Positions 49,811-63,340 of a stretch of 63,645 bases of DNA are shown in pieces. The stretch comes from Lama glama. Taxonomy: Eukaryota. The notes under the pieces are model-generated. The model worked only from the letters and a program-made list of their open reading frames with translations. It had not been told where the DNA came from and made no database searches. The translations under genes were made by a program, and so were the position numbers. Position 1 is the stretch's first letter. Every line of letters begins with the position of its first letter. The stretch covers positions 11,720,001-11,783,645 of the forward strand of contig CM052817.1 of assembly GCA_028534125.1 (NCBI GenBank), in the 5' to 3' direction.

Positions 49811-51329
49811 TATGGTAAATAGCATTATCCTTTTGTCATCTCCTTATGACTTTTCGCCTTGACAAATGGGACATCTTGTTCTGCTTTGTAAACAGCCATA
49901 GTTCACATCTAATGTATAATTTTGCCAAATGTCCATCTAGGGGCTTATAAATTATCTTTTTTAATATTCACTTAAGCCATAAGAAGTTTTACTTTAGTGT
50001 GAGTAGAGTTATTCAATTTGATTTCTATTTTCATTGACTAAAAACCATATTAAAATACTAGATATAGGTGTTTACTAATTGGCTTCATTACAGTTTTTTT
50101 AAACACCTAAAACTTTTCAACTTGAAGTGAATCTCTGAGATCATACCCATGCCAAGAGAGTCATAAATACCTTTTAACATACGGTTGTCTAGTTGTACAT
50201 AGTTTTAATACTCAGAACATTCTTTGGAAGGAATCATGAAATGGGAGATATTTTGAAGGGAAATAGAATTTCACATTTCTGCTTGTATTAATCATTTTCC
50301 TCTAAATAAATGACAGAGAGGAGGTAATATATGCACAAAGATGAGTGAAATTGTTGTGAATGAATAAAAGAAAATGGAAGAGAAGACAACTGGGACCTGA
50401 GTACCAAGGAGATCTGTGTGGGTGAAAACTTACTCAAGTACAACATCAAGGAGCCCTATAGGATGCTGAAAGGAGGGCAGAGAGAATCAAAAGCTGTGAA
50501 CAATTACGGAGTTACATCTGTGTCAGAATTCCATCCTGTGTGAGAGGGCAGCCCTGCTACATTTGTAGGGAATGTATATTCACCTCATCCTGAGTTTATT
50601 TTCCATATTCATATTTTTGAAAAAAACCCCATAGAATCAATGATGTAATAATTTTTGACAATTTAAAAAAGTTACCATCTGGTTTTCTCAGAGCTCACAC
50701 TGACTGTGGCTGAATTCTGGTGTGGAGTACACAGGGGGAATAAATAGTTCACTCCTTTATTCTAAACTTTCTGTGATGCTGCCTGGAATTTGCTCATCTT
50801 TTGGCCTTTGTTGGTAATTTTGTTTTCCTGTGCGAAGATAGAAGCATCTTCCATTTTTCATGTTTCGCATTTGTGTCTCTACTCTGGGCTTCTTTCCCTC
50901 AGTTATTTTCATGAGTCTATGGATCATGGGTATGTTCTGTACTTGGATAAAAAGTCCTGTGTGGAGTGACACTACCCCTCAGGCGGGGAAGTCCTACTTT
51001 ATCCAGCAGGGAGTAAATGTTAAAAATTTATTAACAAAGTCACGCAAAAATAGACATTTGGGAAATTTTTGAATGCAGCCTTGGGGAAACATATTCTTAA
51101 CACTAATGAAAAGGGGAGATGCTGGAGCTGTGCCTAGCTAAGGGTGGCTCTCAGTGAAAGAGATCACCTATGTTCAGAGATTACAAACCTGTTGGACCTA
51201 GAGAATTTCTTACCCTCTTCACTAATCATAGTGGATGGAAGAATAAATGTGAATTAGCAAGGCAGTGTGTATGTAAAAGCCAGCGGGAAGTTGGGTAGGA
51301 AAGATGTCGTGTTTTTAAAATAAAGACAG

Positions 51330-51600
51330 AGTTTAAGCTTTTGGTGATGCCTGTGATCTCGGCAGGTTACCTAATTTCTCCAAGTTCTTCTTGTGAAATA
51401 AAGGTAATAATAACTGCCCTTTTATTTAATACTCATGACGTGGCAGGTACTGTGCATAATAGCCCTATGAATTCTATATTATTCTTATCCCCATTTTACA
51501 GATGGAGAAAATGAGGCTCAGAGAGGCTAAGTAACTTTCTCTAAGATACTCAGTTAATAGGTAGCAAAGCAAGGATTCTAGGCCAGCTTTTATTTTTAAC
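51330..51600. mobile_element. Two MIR fragments in opposite orientation
   Basis: 'ctgtgatctcggcaggttacctaatttctc' (+); 'ccccattttacagatggagaaaatgaggctcagagaggctaagtaactt' (-). Confidence 0.75.
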
Positions 51601-52776
51601 CTTTATACTTTATTCTACCTTGCCCAGAGAGTTGAAGAAAAAAGTATTTGTAATCGTGTCTGAAAGGCTTATAGATGTGAATTTCAAATGATTAGTATTC
51701 TCTTCATTGTCCAGATCCATATGAGTAAAAGTAGTTAAAATATTAAGAAATAAAACACACAGTCAGTAATTTCCATTACTGTTTTGAGTGTCATCAGCTT
51801 GCAGGGAAGAAAAAACTCCAGGGAAAGGACAAAGCCTTTTTTGATCAGAATCATCCTCAGGTTAAACTGATCTTCATCAATGCTTGGCAAAGACAAATTA
51901 TACATATTCATGGTGCAGGGAAGTTCAGCATCTCTGGAGCAGTGAGGTTCACCCAGCACAGAGAGGGCAGCACCCAGCCTCCCTATTCAAGGGCAGGGCA
52001 CAACTCCTGCAGCAGCGGGCAGTGAGCCACCAGAGCACCCAAGCCCGTGGGAGACAATGCTGTTTTCCACTTTTCCTTTGTGTGGGATGCACACAGAGGC
52101 GGCACCTTGCCTTATGTTCACAGAAGGAAAAGGAAACCCTGATTTATTTCTCGTCATTCTCTTTTCTTCTCATACTGGTTCATAAGGTTCTTTTCTGATT
52201 CATTATTTCGTTCAGCCCTGGGCCCAACACTTAAACCAATTTTGATGAGAGCCAGCTCAGTGGTGTGAAAGATGAGGCCAGACAGGCCTGGATGTATAAT
52301 TCTTGAAAAAGGCTCTGAGTTTATCGGAGCCTGTTTTCTCATCTTAACGTGGACATAAGGCACTTCATCTTTCCAGGTGGTTTTAAGTATTAAGTAAAAA
52401 TTCTTACATGGGGTGTGAAAAGTATCTGGCCCATGAGCCACACCCAATAGCTACTCACAGTAGAAAGTTGGTATTTTTGGCTGTTTAGCATATAATCCTT
52501 TCTTTTTTGGGAAACATTCCACCTGCTTCATCCATGTCCATGGAATATAGAGGGAAAACTGTCCCTCTTTCCACTACCCGGTAACCAGGGCTGGGACAGG
52601 CTACCTAAGCCTGAGCCAGTTTGATGCCTCCACCCAGAATTTGGAGTTGGGAGCAAGTGCTGCAAAGACCAGGAGAAGCTGGGAGAGCCCGCGGGGCCGT
52701 GGTGGTCCTCATGCTGGGAGAGGAGACCACTCATGCTGTTTGTGTCCTTGACCTTGTACAGCCTCTTTCTTTCACG

Positions 52777-53242
52777 CGTTAAAGAAAAACTGTTCTGATG
52801 CTTATTAAAAGGATAAGGAAGACTTTATTCAAGATTATTGTAATAGGAATTATGACTATTGCGGTAGGGGAGAGAGGTAGGGTTCAACTCTGAATCCACC
52901 AAGGAGCAGCTACGGATTTGCAGCCAAGGAGCAGGATCAGAGATGTCAGTGGATAGAAAATGACTTAGAGGAGACACCAAGGGTAAGGAATTTCTTGCTA
53001 AACTGACCTAACAGGATTTTTTGCTGAAGGCAGGCGAAGGACTTACTTACGTATCGAAGGTGAGGGACGAGGAACTGGATCACATATAAAGGGTGACAAG
53101 ATTTCAAGGCTGGGGGATTCTTACAAACTGACTTAGCAGGATTCTTGCTAAAAGTAGGCTAGGCAGGCCAAAGACAGACAGGACAGAGAGCAAGGCCAGT
53201 TGAGAACAGAAGTCAGTTTGGTCAAGGAGAAAGTCTTTGTAA
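52777..53242 (-). mobile_element. MER31-like ERV1 solo LTR
   Basis: 'gttaaagaaaaa...taaggaagactttattcaag...ggggagagag...ggttcaactctgaat...agccaaggagcagg...gtcagtggatagaaaat'. Confidence 0.8.
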
Positions 53243-56200
53243 CCTGCCACATCGGAAGTCTGGTTTTTAAGACCCTTTTCAATTCTGTGTTTCCTTGATA
53301 AACTCCTAGTACATCTCTTCTGTTGAAGATAGCCAGTTGCCTTCTGCCAAGAATATAGACAGATACTCTGTAGTCTCCAATAGTATTACCTGAGTAAACT
53401 GCAGCCTGACTAATGGGGATATTTCATGAATCAAAATGCATTTTCTCAACTCATATTTTGAAGAAAAAATAACTGTATGATATAAAAATTCCATTCCATG
53501 ATTTTACTTAATCATTATTTTTTAATGGGCTGTCATCAGGGTAGTTTTGGTTTGAGTATCCATTCAGTGAAATACCTCTTTGCTTTATATCTCCCGGTTT
53601 GTTTGAGATACACTACTTACACTCGTGCCTATTCTAATCCTGTGTGCTAGGTCCTCTCCTGATTATCTCCGTGTTTATGGGTGAGGTTCCAGAGCTTGGA
53701 TGGCTGGCCCAGAGTCATGCAGTTTGTGGTGGAGCTAGGATTCGAATTCAGGTTATTTGATGACAAAGCCAAACTCTCTAGGATTCGGCAAAAATTCAGA
53801 CCATAAGCCTGAAATTTGATTTTATTAGGACCATCTATTCCTTTCAGCAATCTGGTTTATTGGGGGCGGTTTGGGGGGACTGTTACTTGAATACCATCCC
53901 TGAAGAGTGTGTCTGATGCATTACAGAGATCGTGTCCAGGCTTAGATTAGGACCACCTACGACTGGAGTTTGGACGTGGTCCTTGTCCTGTACTGTATGA
54001 CTGGCAGCTTAGACAAAATGAATCAGACTGCTGAAATGCTTGCTGAAGCTAACAGTTGACTGATGGCTTTCCACCCGCCTTCCCCAACCATTAACCCTGC
54101 CTAGGGGAATTTGCTCATGGAACTACAAATAAGTGAGTGAGTGGCAGGTCCGGGAATAAAATGGAGACATCCGCAGAACCAGGCACCGCCAGGTAATTTT
54201 TCTCATCATGACATGACTCTGTGACAGGTGCAGGGTGGATGTGTTTTTATCTCAATAATTTCCCAGTGACATTCTGCTCTGCAGAGAGAAAATGCCAGAC
54301 ATACACACTCCTCCGTGGTACACAAGCCTGGTTGCAAAGCCAGGTTAACTGTTTCGTAAGATTTCTGTGTCAGGGAAACTGTTGTTTGAATTGATCTGGG
54401 AAGAAATCCCTAGCGGTGCTCTTGTTAATTCCAGCTAATCACTCTCCAGCAGGAGAACCGAAGGCAGGCTTTTCCCTTGGCGGGTCTTAGATCCTTAAAT
54501 GCTTGCGACTTCAAGTACTAATGAGCTAAAGGAAATCTTCCCCGCACAGTTTAACCTACCGCTTCTTAAATTACAATCCTCGGGGTCTTTCCTTCACATT
54601 CAGTCTCTGATAAGCTATTTTATAATTTCCCGATGACAGTTAAATTGAGTCTCCTTGTTAGCGTAGTTACCCAATTTGCTTCTAATAATTCTGCCTTAAG
54701 AAACTTCTGATGAAGAGGTTGCAGGCATGACACCTCCAGCAATCCCTATAGGAATTGTCAGGGGCACAAGCAAGTTAAATAGTTGGCTTTAAAACAGAAA
54801 GAAACGCGGTAGGGGAAATCATTTAAAAAAAAAAAAAAAAAGCATGTCTCTGAGTGCAGGGACCGTTTCCCAGGATTTTATATGGTTAATGAAAAGTCAG
54901 ACGGCAGATGACATTTACCCTGCTAAATGTTGATGATTAAGAAGGAAAAGGTTATCTCCTGCTTTTTTCCTTCTGGAGCTTCTGTACGAGGAGGTCAACA
55001 CAAATGTCGCACAGAAGGAATTGCCTGTTTGTGAACAACCCGGAGCCCAAGTCCAGTATTGTTGCAATTGCTCTTGATGATGGTAATTACTTTGTGTCTC
55101 CCCCCCGGTATTCCCTTCTCTGAATGTGGCCAATTGAAAACCTTGCTTCAGCCTCCCAGCCTCTGATAGCCAGCTCCCTCCTGGACACGTGCCAGCAGCC
55201 CATAATTAAAGTGTTTTCTGGAGGGAGCGTCTGTGTACTGCCCATTGTGAATGATGTCCTTGGAGTCTGGCTATAGTAATTGAAAAGAAATGAGACCTTT
55301 CCAATTTGTCCCTCTTTCTGCAGCCCCTGCCCCACCCCTTTCCCAGGACAAAAACATTGTGAAATGCCACACAAGAACGAAGGATCCATTTCTGTGAATT
55401 TGAAAGCTGAAGCCTAATACATCCCCTTCTCCCACCCCAGGAGCGGATGTTGCAAGTGTAACCTTCCTATCACAATTATTCTTGCATGATTAAATAGAAA
55501 CTGTCCCTCTATTATGCTCTTTGTTGATGGATTAAATGTTCCAAATGACACATTAGACTGTATTATTATGAAGAATTTCTGGAGCGTCAAATTACAAATG
55601 AGGTATGTCTTTGAAGATTACCTTCAATGAGATTTGATTATGTGGCTGTTAATTCTAAATAATAAACAGTATCAGCATTTTCATATGTGTATTATCTCAT
55701 TCGATTGATGATTTTATGAGGTTGTTAGCACTGGTATTATAAATCCATTTTTCACCAGTGAGAAAACCTGAACTTGGAGAAGTTAGAGAGCTTTCCTTTG
55801 ATACTCTAGCTAGTAAGTGGAACTGACACGTGAATCCAGATTCCTTGATTCCCAAAGTGAAAGTTTTTTTCACTGTGCTGGAAGATTATTTATAAAGTCA
55901 ATATACAGAAAGCATATTTTGATTTTGATAAAATTCTATAAGTTTTTCTATCCCCAAATGCTAAGGGAATAAAATTGGAAAATTATAATGGTTTGTAGTA
56001 GGTAGCATTTAGATTGAGTTGTGCTGGCTCCTACCAAGTGGCCCAAACACACAAAGGGAGATCAATTATATTAAAACCCCATTCTCAACAATGTAACTTA
56101 TATACAAAACTTGGAAGGAAATTAAAGAGGCTTGTTGGCTTCTGTTCCACAATGAACATGGGAAAAGAGATCAGTGTTTGCTTAATGGAAACCTTAATTC

Positions 56201-56619
56201 AAATTTCTAATTGAGTATAATGAACAAAGGAGAATGTCCCAAATGCTTGAGAACTGTAAACAGTACAGTGTTCTTTTAATGATCACACACTGATTATCTT
56301 GGTAAATCTAAATTACATGGGTCTGAATGCTGCTGCAGGAGGCATGGCTCCTTCATTGTGTTTCCAATAAACTCTGGGGTTTGTCCTGGTGACAAATGTG
56401 GGGGCAGGGAAGGCTCTTGCTAGCTAGCATTATGATAGAGTTGCCAGACAAGAGAACAATCACTTTTTGAGGAATTATAGTTCCTAAAGGAAAACTTGTG
56501 CTGTGATCTTGATTTAAGGAGAGTAGCTTTTAGAAGTTACATATGGAAATAACTGTGGATAATGTTTAAATTAATAATCTCCAGAGACTAAGCCACCGTT
56601 TCTAAAGATTCTTAAGATT

Positions 56620-56930
56620 ATTTTTGGAACCTACACTGGGGATTGCGCTTAGAGTTTATATCAACTTCCTTTAACTTCCTCAGCAGTTGCAAATCTTTGT
56701 CCATAGGAGAAACTTGATTTTGGAAAACAAATAATAGTGTTTGGAATCAGACCAGGTCTGGAAAATTAAATGACAGGATGAGTTGGGGGCAAAGCCGTTT
56801 TGGGTCAAAGTAAAGTGTGAACAAAAGTGGGGAATCATTTTCTTGTGTGCCTTGCCCACTATTTCTGAGGCAATTCCAGAGGAGTCATTCCTAAAATATT
56901 TTTGGTGGTAGAAGCATCATTGAGATCATT
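56620..56930 (+). mobile_element. Possible mariner-derived relic (MARNA-like)
   Basis: 'gaggcaattccagaggagtcattcctaaaatattttt...agcatcattg' resembles the mariner/MARNA 3' region as I recall it. Confidence 0.35.
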
Positions 56931-57589
56931 CTACTCCTTAGATTAAAAAAAAATTATTTTTCTTATTATAAAATTTATATATGTATAAGTATACACATAC
57001 ACATGTATATATGTAAATCTATATATGTATATACATGTGTATATATACATATGTAAAATACTTATATATGGGGTTTTTTGGGGTAGAGAATTTAGGAATT
57101 ATAGGTATGTAGAAAGAAGAAAACAGTTACCAAGATCACTGAGCAGCCTGTACCCACCTATTGGGGTCTGCCCTCTGCTCCGAGTCTCTTCACAGACACG
57201 TGTGTGTACATTAGAGAGGAAGTGAAGCACAGTGGTTACAAGTTTAGGTGGGAGAACTGGGAGATCTTAGTCCAAATCCAAGCTCTGCAATTTCCTAGCT
57301 GTGTGATTTTACCCAAGTTACCTATACTCTCCCATCCTCCTTTTTCTCACTTTTAAAATGGGGTTAAGTGTTGTGATAACTTTATTGGGTTATTATTGCT
57401 TATTTATTTTTTATGTATTTATTCATTCATTCAAAAATGTTTATGAAGCACCTGCTATGTTCCTGATTCTGTTTTAAGTCCTGGGGGAAAAAGAGGAGTG
57501 AACACAATGGGTGCCCTGGAACTCGAGGGAAGTGCTAGAAAGGAGATGTACGCAAAATCCTTATAGATAAATTAAAAATGTATATTATA

Positions 57590-57938
57590 CAAGGTGCTTA
57601 CATCTGTCCCTGAGCCTTCATTCTAACAGGGGAGTGTCAAGAGGGCAATATAATGCCTGCATACGGAGTGGCTTGTATTACAGGAGAATCAGGAGCTTAG
57701 GGAATCCTAATCTTTTATAATGGACAGTAAGTTTGCCTGAACTTTGCCCTGGGTAAGGAGATATTATTATCTTTATTCTGCCAGACAGTAAATAAGCCTG
57801 CCTTTTACTATCTCCATTTTCTAAGGTTGTTCAGTCTACAAACATTGTTGAACAGCGGTCCAGAATAAAGGAAGCCAGTGCCTCTGCTTGCAAGATGTGA
57901 AGAAATGCAAGAGACTCATGGAGAATTGTCTTACAACA
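57590..57938 (-). mobile_element. ERVL-type solo LTR (family uncertain, possibly MER76-like)
   Basis: Reverse complement begins 'tgttgtaagacaattctccatgagtctcttgcatttct...cttgcaagcagaggcactgg'. Confidence 0.6.
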
Positions 57939-58075
57939 CTTGTCAGAAATGCAGATTCTTAGGGCTCAACCAGACCTGCTGAATCTGCAACTCTGGGGGT
58001 GGAGCTGTGCAGTTTTTATTTTAATAGGCTAGTTAACAGGTAGCTCAAGTTGAAGGTCCACTCTCTAGGGAACGA
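57939..58075. mobile_element. MER5A fragment
   Basis: 'ttgtcagaaatgcagattcttagggctcaaccagacctgctgaatc...actctgggggtgg'. Confidence 0.7.
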
Positions 58076-59974
58076 ACTGAGGACTGACTTGCGAAGTTGG
58101 ACAGAAGTGGATGCAAATCAGCAGGGCTGTCCCCCAGGGTGGTGCCCGTAGTAGAACAGGCTGAGCCTGGGGCTTGTTGCCAGGGTAATACCACCAGGTG
58201 GAGAAGATAGGCGGTAGGATCTGGGAAGGCAGTATCCATAAATGTGAACTGATCTAGAAATCAGAACACTGGGTTTCTACTGTTGCTTTTCCCATGTAAA
58301 GTTGAGCAAATAATTCAATTTTAAAGACTTTTTTAAGTCTGAAAAAGGTTTTGAAGATCACCTAGTTCTAGGATTCCAAACAGGGATTTTTTTCTTGTGA
58401 CGACTTTAACCCCTGATATACAGACTTTAGAGAGATACGCATGGGTGAGGAATGTGATTGGGGATGCTCTTATAGCTGACATCACTAGTCTGTCCAAATG
58501 CCCTGTTTTTTTAGGATGAGAGAAAAGTTATCTATCCTTGGATGTTTTGCTAGCCTTCTATTTTCCATGTTCTTACCAGGGACCACCCCAGTGCTAGCTT
58601 TCTTTCACAAGCTTAATTTATGTTATAATTTCGTGTTGCTTAGATGAATCACCATTGAAGTGACTGGAAAAGTGTGGGGCATTTGATACTTAGGCTGTGA
58701 CACTGTGCTCAAATGTAGCCCAGATTACTGACTTCTGAGGCAAAAGTCTTTGTCAGTATACTTTCTTTGAAGTGTTACTTATTCCAAAACCAAATGGATT
58801 TTTTAGTGTACCTGCAATCAGCAACAACTAGAGAGAGAGGAAAAAAAAATACATTTGAAGCAGTTTCTTCGAAATCAGTTCAAAGGTTTCAGCAAGTCGG
58901 ATATATTATTCACCATCATGTGAGTTCTCAAAAACAGCTTTGGAACTCTTACAGTCTTGCCTATTTTTACATTTTTAAATTTAACATTTTTAGTTAGCCA
59001 AGCATATTGGAAAAAATAAAAATTCGATTTGAATTGTAGCAATTTCTTTAAGGTGAATCTTTAATTTTAAATGTGACTAATACTTCAAAATGGAATTAAA
59101 CGACATTAATGGGTAATGATTTTGGTCTGTTTCCAAGAAAAAAATTATTCAAAGTTACAGATTTGTTACAGTACTAATTAATTATTGAACCAGCAAGCAC
59201 AATATTCAGAAATATGAGGAGAAAATATGAAACATTAATAGCAGTAGTGTTGGGGCAAAAAAATAGTGAAGACTAGATAGGAGAGAGAAAGATGAGGGGG
59301 AAAAAAGTAAGGAGAGAAAAGGGAGAGAGTGAAAGGGGGAGAGAGAGAGAGAAGGACTAAGAATGCATGAGAGGTGGTTGTCAGCCTCTGCTCCCTCTAT
59401 CCCAGCCTTGCTAAAATTGTGTCACTGCTAAGGGATAAGCAGCTACTTTTCAGTTTTAAGCTAATGCTTTCCCAGAAAATGTTTTCTTTGCTCCCTAAAT
59501 TATTGATTGTGCCATTAAGGGTCTAAAATGAAAATTTAATTCATTGTTAGAGTCTTCCCAAAATGTGACCTCCTGGAACACACTGAGTTGCTTCATTGCC
59601 ATCTGACTAATTGAAGAGAGAGGATGGAGGTACATGAAAGTGGAAAGTAAAAGCCTGTGGACAGCAGTGGCAGCACATTCGCAGGGGCCCCTCGGCAGGC
59701 CTGGCTTTGTGGGTGTAGAGAGACCCAGGAGAGGTTGGGGATGATTCTACACTGTTCTCACTGAGAAGTATAGGATGTTCCTGCAGGTCCTAGTTATCAG
59801 AGTTGACATTGTCACTGGACTCTGCTTTGGGGTCCAGAGCACCTGCCACAACCCATCTGTCATACCTGACCGTGGAGAAATTGGTGACCCAGAAGCAAAG
59901 AGTGCCCAGTCATGAGCCCTCATGAGGACATGGGAAAGTTCTGAGAGTCTGGGAAATGCAGTGGGATAGCTGGG

Positions 59975-60200
59975 GAAAGGGCAGTGTTTGGCTTCATAAG
60001 ACCCTGGATTTAAGTCCTTTCTCTTTCTCTTAATGGCAGTAATCTTGGGAAAGGTAATTAGCAGCTCTGTTTCTCAGTGTTCTCCTCTGTAAACTGGAGA
60101 GGATGGTAAAACAGTGGGACCAATATTTGGAGAAAAGGATATAACATAAATAAAATGCTTAGCATCGCGCCTGGAAAGCATCTTCATAAATTTTAACTGT
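59975..60200 (+). mobile_element. MIR
   Basis: 'agaccctggatttaagtcc...tcttgggaaaggtaatta...ctctgtttctcagtgttctcctctgtaaactgg'. Confidence 0.7.
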
Positions 60201-60856
60201 CGTCATATTTGCAGTTACATTTGTGTTGCCAATCCCTGTATCAGTGTCAGAGGCAGGATGATAAGGGCCAGATTGGAGTGTTAGTTCACCAGATCAGGAG
60301 CAGGTCAGAGGATCTGGGAAGAGGGATGTGTACAAGGAGAGAAATCAACCAGGTTTCGGGGAAAAGATGGGCAGAATGTGGAGACCAGAAACTTAAGGTA
60401 ACACTCAAGTAGTATATTACTTATACTGGTACCTATCATTTGTCTGCCAAGTGCTACTCTCTCCTTCAATTATACTGTTGTTTCTAATTCTCATAGCCTC
60501 TATAGAAAAAGAGGGTATCATTTTCCTCTTGTAACTAACGAGGAACAAAGAGCTTAGAACACTTGAACAGCAACTGAGAACCCAAGGTCTTATCTCAAGG
60601 CCTGTAGTCTTTTCATTTGCACCCACGCTCAAGATGAATGCTCTCTGGGCCATTGAAATGTCTGTGGGTTCCGATGTCTTTTTTCCTTTCATCTTGTTAT
60701 GACTAGGATTTTTGGCCCCAGTGAAAAATTCAGAGGTCTGCTTCTCACTCTTATCTTTCTCCTCTCCTCTCCCTTTAATTTCCTGGCTCCTGTTCCATTT
60801 CGTGTTGTTCTTAGATCTTTTTGTATCTCTAGTTTTATTATGAACAAAACATTTTG

Positions 60857-61007
60857 TTTATTTTATTTCATTTATTTACTTTTTTTAGGGGGGGAGGTAG
60901 TTAGGTTTACTTAATTTATTTACTTTTAGAGGAGGTACTGGGGTTTGAGCCCAGGACCTCGTGTATGCTGAGCATGTGCTCTACCACTTGAGCTATACCC
61001 TCCCTGC
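60857..61007 (-). mobile_element. tRNA-Ala-derived SINE (Vic-1-like), copy 3
   Basis: Reverse complement 'gggagggtatagctcaagtggtagagcacatgctcagc...aaaccccagtacctcc'; 18-bp TSD tatgaacaaaa(c/t)attttg (60839-60856 / 61008-61025). Confidence 0.93.
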
Positions 61008-61035
61008 TATGAACAAAATATTTTGAATTAAAGAG

Positions 61036-61528
61036 TGTATCTGTTAGATACTGCGTATAATAAGTCATTCCCCAACAACAACCATTTATTATTTCTCACA
61101 GTCTATGATTGGCTGGGGGTTGATTTGTCTAGGCTGGACTTGGCTGCAAGTGGCTTGCTCCATATGTGTCTCATTCTCCTTTTAGGACCATCAGGCCAGC
61201 TGTAGTATGTTCTTCGTATGCAATGGTAGAGGTGCAAGAGAGCAAGTAGAAGCACACAAGCCTTCTTAATGCTTAAATTCAGCACTGGCATACCTCATTT
61301 CCATCTCATTCTCATGGTCAAAGCAAATCACTTGGCTGAGCCGGAAGTTAATTAGTGGGGAGTGCGCTCACCTAGTGGAGGACAATATGAAGGTATATTT
61401 GTACATTTCCAAAGTATACCTATATTTCATATTTACATATATACAAAAGTATATTTTATGTATTTCCAAAAGATACGGAAAGAGGGAGGGAGAGCAGAGA
61501 ATTGGGGCCATTGATAGAATTCATCACG
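61036..61528 (-). mobile_element. MLT1H/I-like MaLR LTR
   Basis: 'caacaaccatttattatttctcacagtct...tggcttgctccatatgtgtctcatt...ggtcaaagcaaatcacttggc...gaattggggcca'. Confidence 0.7.
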
Positions 61529-62289
61529 GAAATGTCTGAACCAAGCAACCATTTTACAGCCTGCTATTACGTGTTGGTTTCTTCTTCCCCTGACTTTGAC
61601 TTGAGGGTTAGCTCTCTTTCAAGTCCCTGACAAGCATGGGGCTCAGATGTCTCCTGTGGGGGTGGTTGACACTGAGTGTTGCTTTTTCCAGTGTCTCACC
61701 CTGTTCCCTCTCCCTCGTGAAATTGTAAGCTTCAGAGTAGAGCAGCACTTTCAAACTCTTGCATCACCTAATAGGATACATTTGTGAAGTAACAGAAGTC
61801 TTTTCTTTAATTCCTTAAAACATATTTCCTTTAATTTTTTCCTTTATTTCCTTTAATAAGGAAATACTTCCTTCAATAAGCTTAGGGACAACACAAGTGA
61901 GTAATTCACACTGTAATCTGGTGTTTTTGTATTTTAACTGGTATTATACCTCTGAAATGCTTTTCCTGGTATTATTGTATTCTTACTGAAACTTTGCAAG
62001 ACACATCTTTTGTTAAGTAATGGTAGAATCTCAAGCAAGAAATATGCTGATTGGGTAATAGAGGGGCTCTGAAAGTGAAATTACCTCTTATACTTGGGCA
62101 GGAATCCTGATCATTGCACGGGATGGATGCTCAAACATGACACTAATGGACTAGATGAATAAAACTCTTTTTCTTTTTCTTTCTCTGTTTCTATACTCTG
62201 CAAAATTCTACCCTTCAAAGGTAGGAATCTGAAACTTTTTGACGAAGGTCTTGGTAGGGGTCATAACATGCCATTTAAATCGCTATTGA

Positions 62290-62800
62290 CCTGGCCTCCG
62301 AAGCTGGGTGTAATCTGAGCCTTTCATTCTTTGCATCTTGCTCTCTTCTCCCTTTCTGACAGCATTCTTACCACACAAACCATTTTCCCTCTAAAATGCT
62401 GAGTTTACTTCATGCCTCAGATCTTTGCACTACCCCATTCCCTCTGCCTGGCATGTTCTTCCCGCAGCCATTTATCCTTCACCTGGCCAAATTCCTGCAC
62501 ATCCTTTGGGATTCAGTTAACTTCTAACTTATTTGAGATGCTGTCCTGACTTCACAGTTGCGATTACCCAGTCGGTCACCCTGTCCTACTGCTGTCCATC
62601 TTTCTTCCTAGAACTTTTCACATTTCTCAGAAGTGAATGAATCACTGTATAGTTTTTGTTTCATGTCTGTTTTCCTCTTCAATCTCTCAGCTTCTTGAGG
62701 AGAAGAACCATTTCAATATCATACCTTCTGTATCCATAGCCATTAACTTGTAGCCTTCGCACAGTCAGTTCTGTTGTTTGCTGAATGAATGAATGGAATG
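62290..62800 (+). mobile_element. L2 3' remnant
   Basis: 'tcatgcctcagatctttgcac...ttccctctgcctggcatgttctt...cacctggccaaattcctgc'; tail 'tttgctgaatgaatgaatg'. Confidence 0.8.
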
Positions 62801-62809
62801 AAACTCAGC

Positions 62810-63130
62810 AGAGACATAGATGCTCAGATCTGGAATAGACTCTTAAAACAGCTTGCATCTTGTGAGTTCCACAACAGTCCTTCTGGTCTTCCAGTAGCTG
62901 ATTGTCTCTGCTTGAACTCTTCCCCCAACTGAGAACTCACCCTTCTTGAGGCTGTCGGTTCCATCTTTCTGACAGCTATAGAATTTCTATGTCCATTAAA
63001 CTAAAGTTTGTCATTCCATAACTCTTACCTGTTGATTTTATGTCCTGCCCCTTTGGGGTTTTACAAAACAACCCTAATCTACCCTTTATTTGGCAATATT
63101 TTGGAATTTCAAAACAGTGATTCTAACCCC
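62810..63130 (-). mobile_element. L3/CR1 3' end remnant
   Basis: Reverse complement 'gtgagttctcagttgggggaagagttcaagcagagac...ttccagatctgagcatctatg' resembles the L3 3' end. Confidence 0.6.
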
Positions 63131-63149
63131 CAAGCATTTTTGTTGAATA

Positions 63150-63340
63150 TCCACTGTTTGATATTCATGCTTTATCACCATTATCTCACTTAATTCTCAA
63201 CACAATCCTTGATGAGTTGCTATTATTATCCCTATTTTATAGATAAATTGAAACAATTTGCCAACAGCATGGAGCTAGGAAGTGGTGGCACCACGATTTG
63301 AAACCAGGAACCATAATTTGTGTAACCTAGATTCTGGTAT
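63150..63340 (-). mobile_element. MIR
   Basis: 'attatctcacttaattctcaacacaatcct...attattatccctattttatagataaattgaaac...ggaagtggtggcaccacgatttgaaaccagg'. Confidence 0.75.

Noticed and set aside
50757..52198. Short ORFs in unique sequence as coding exons
   Set aside because: No recognisable homology or convincing splice-site pairs; lengths are compatible with chance.
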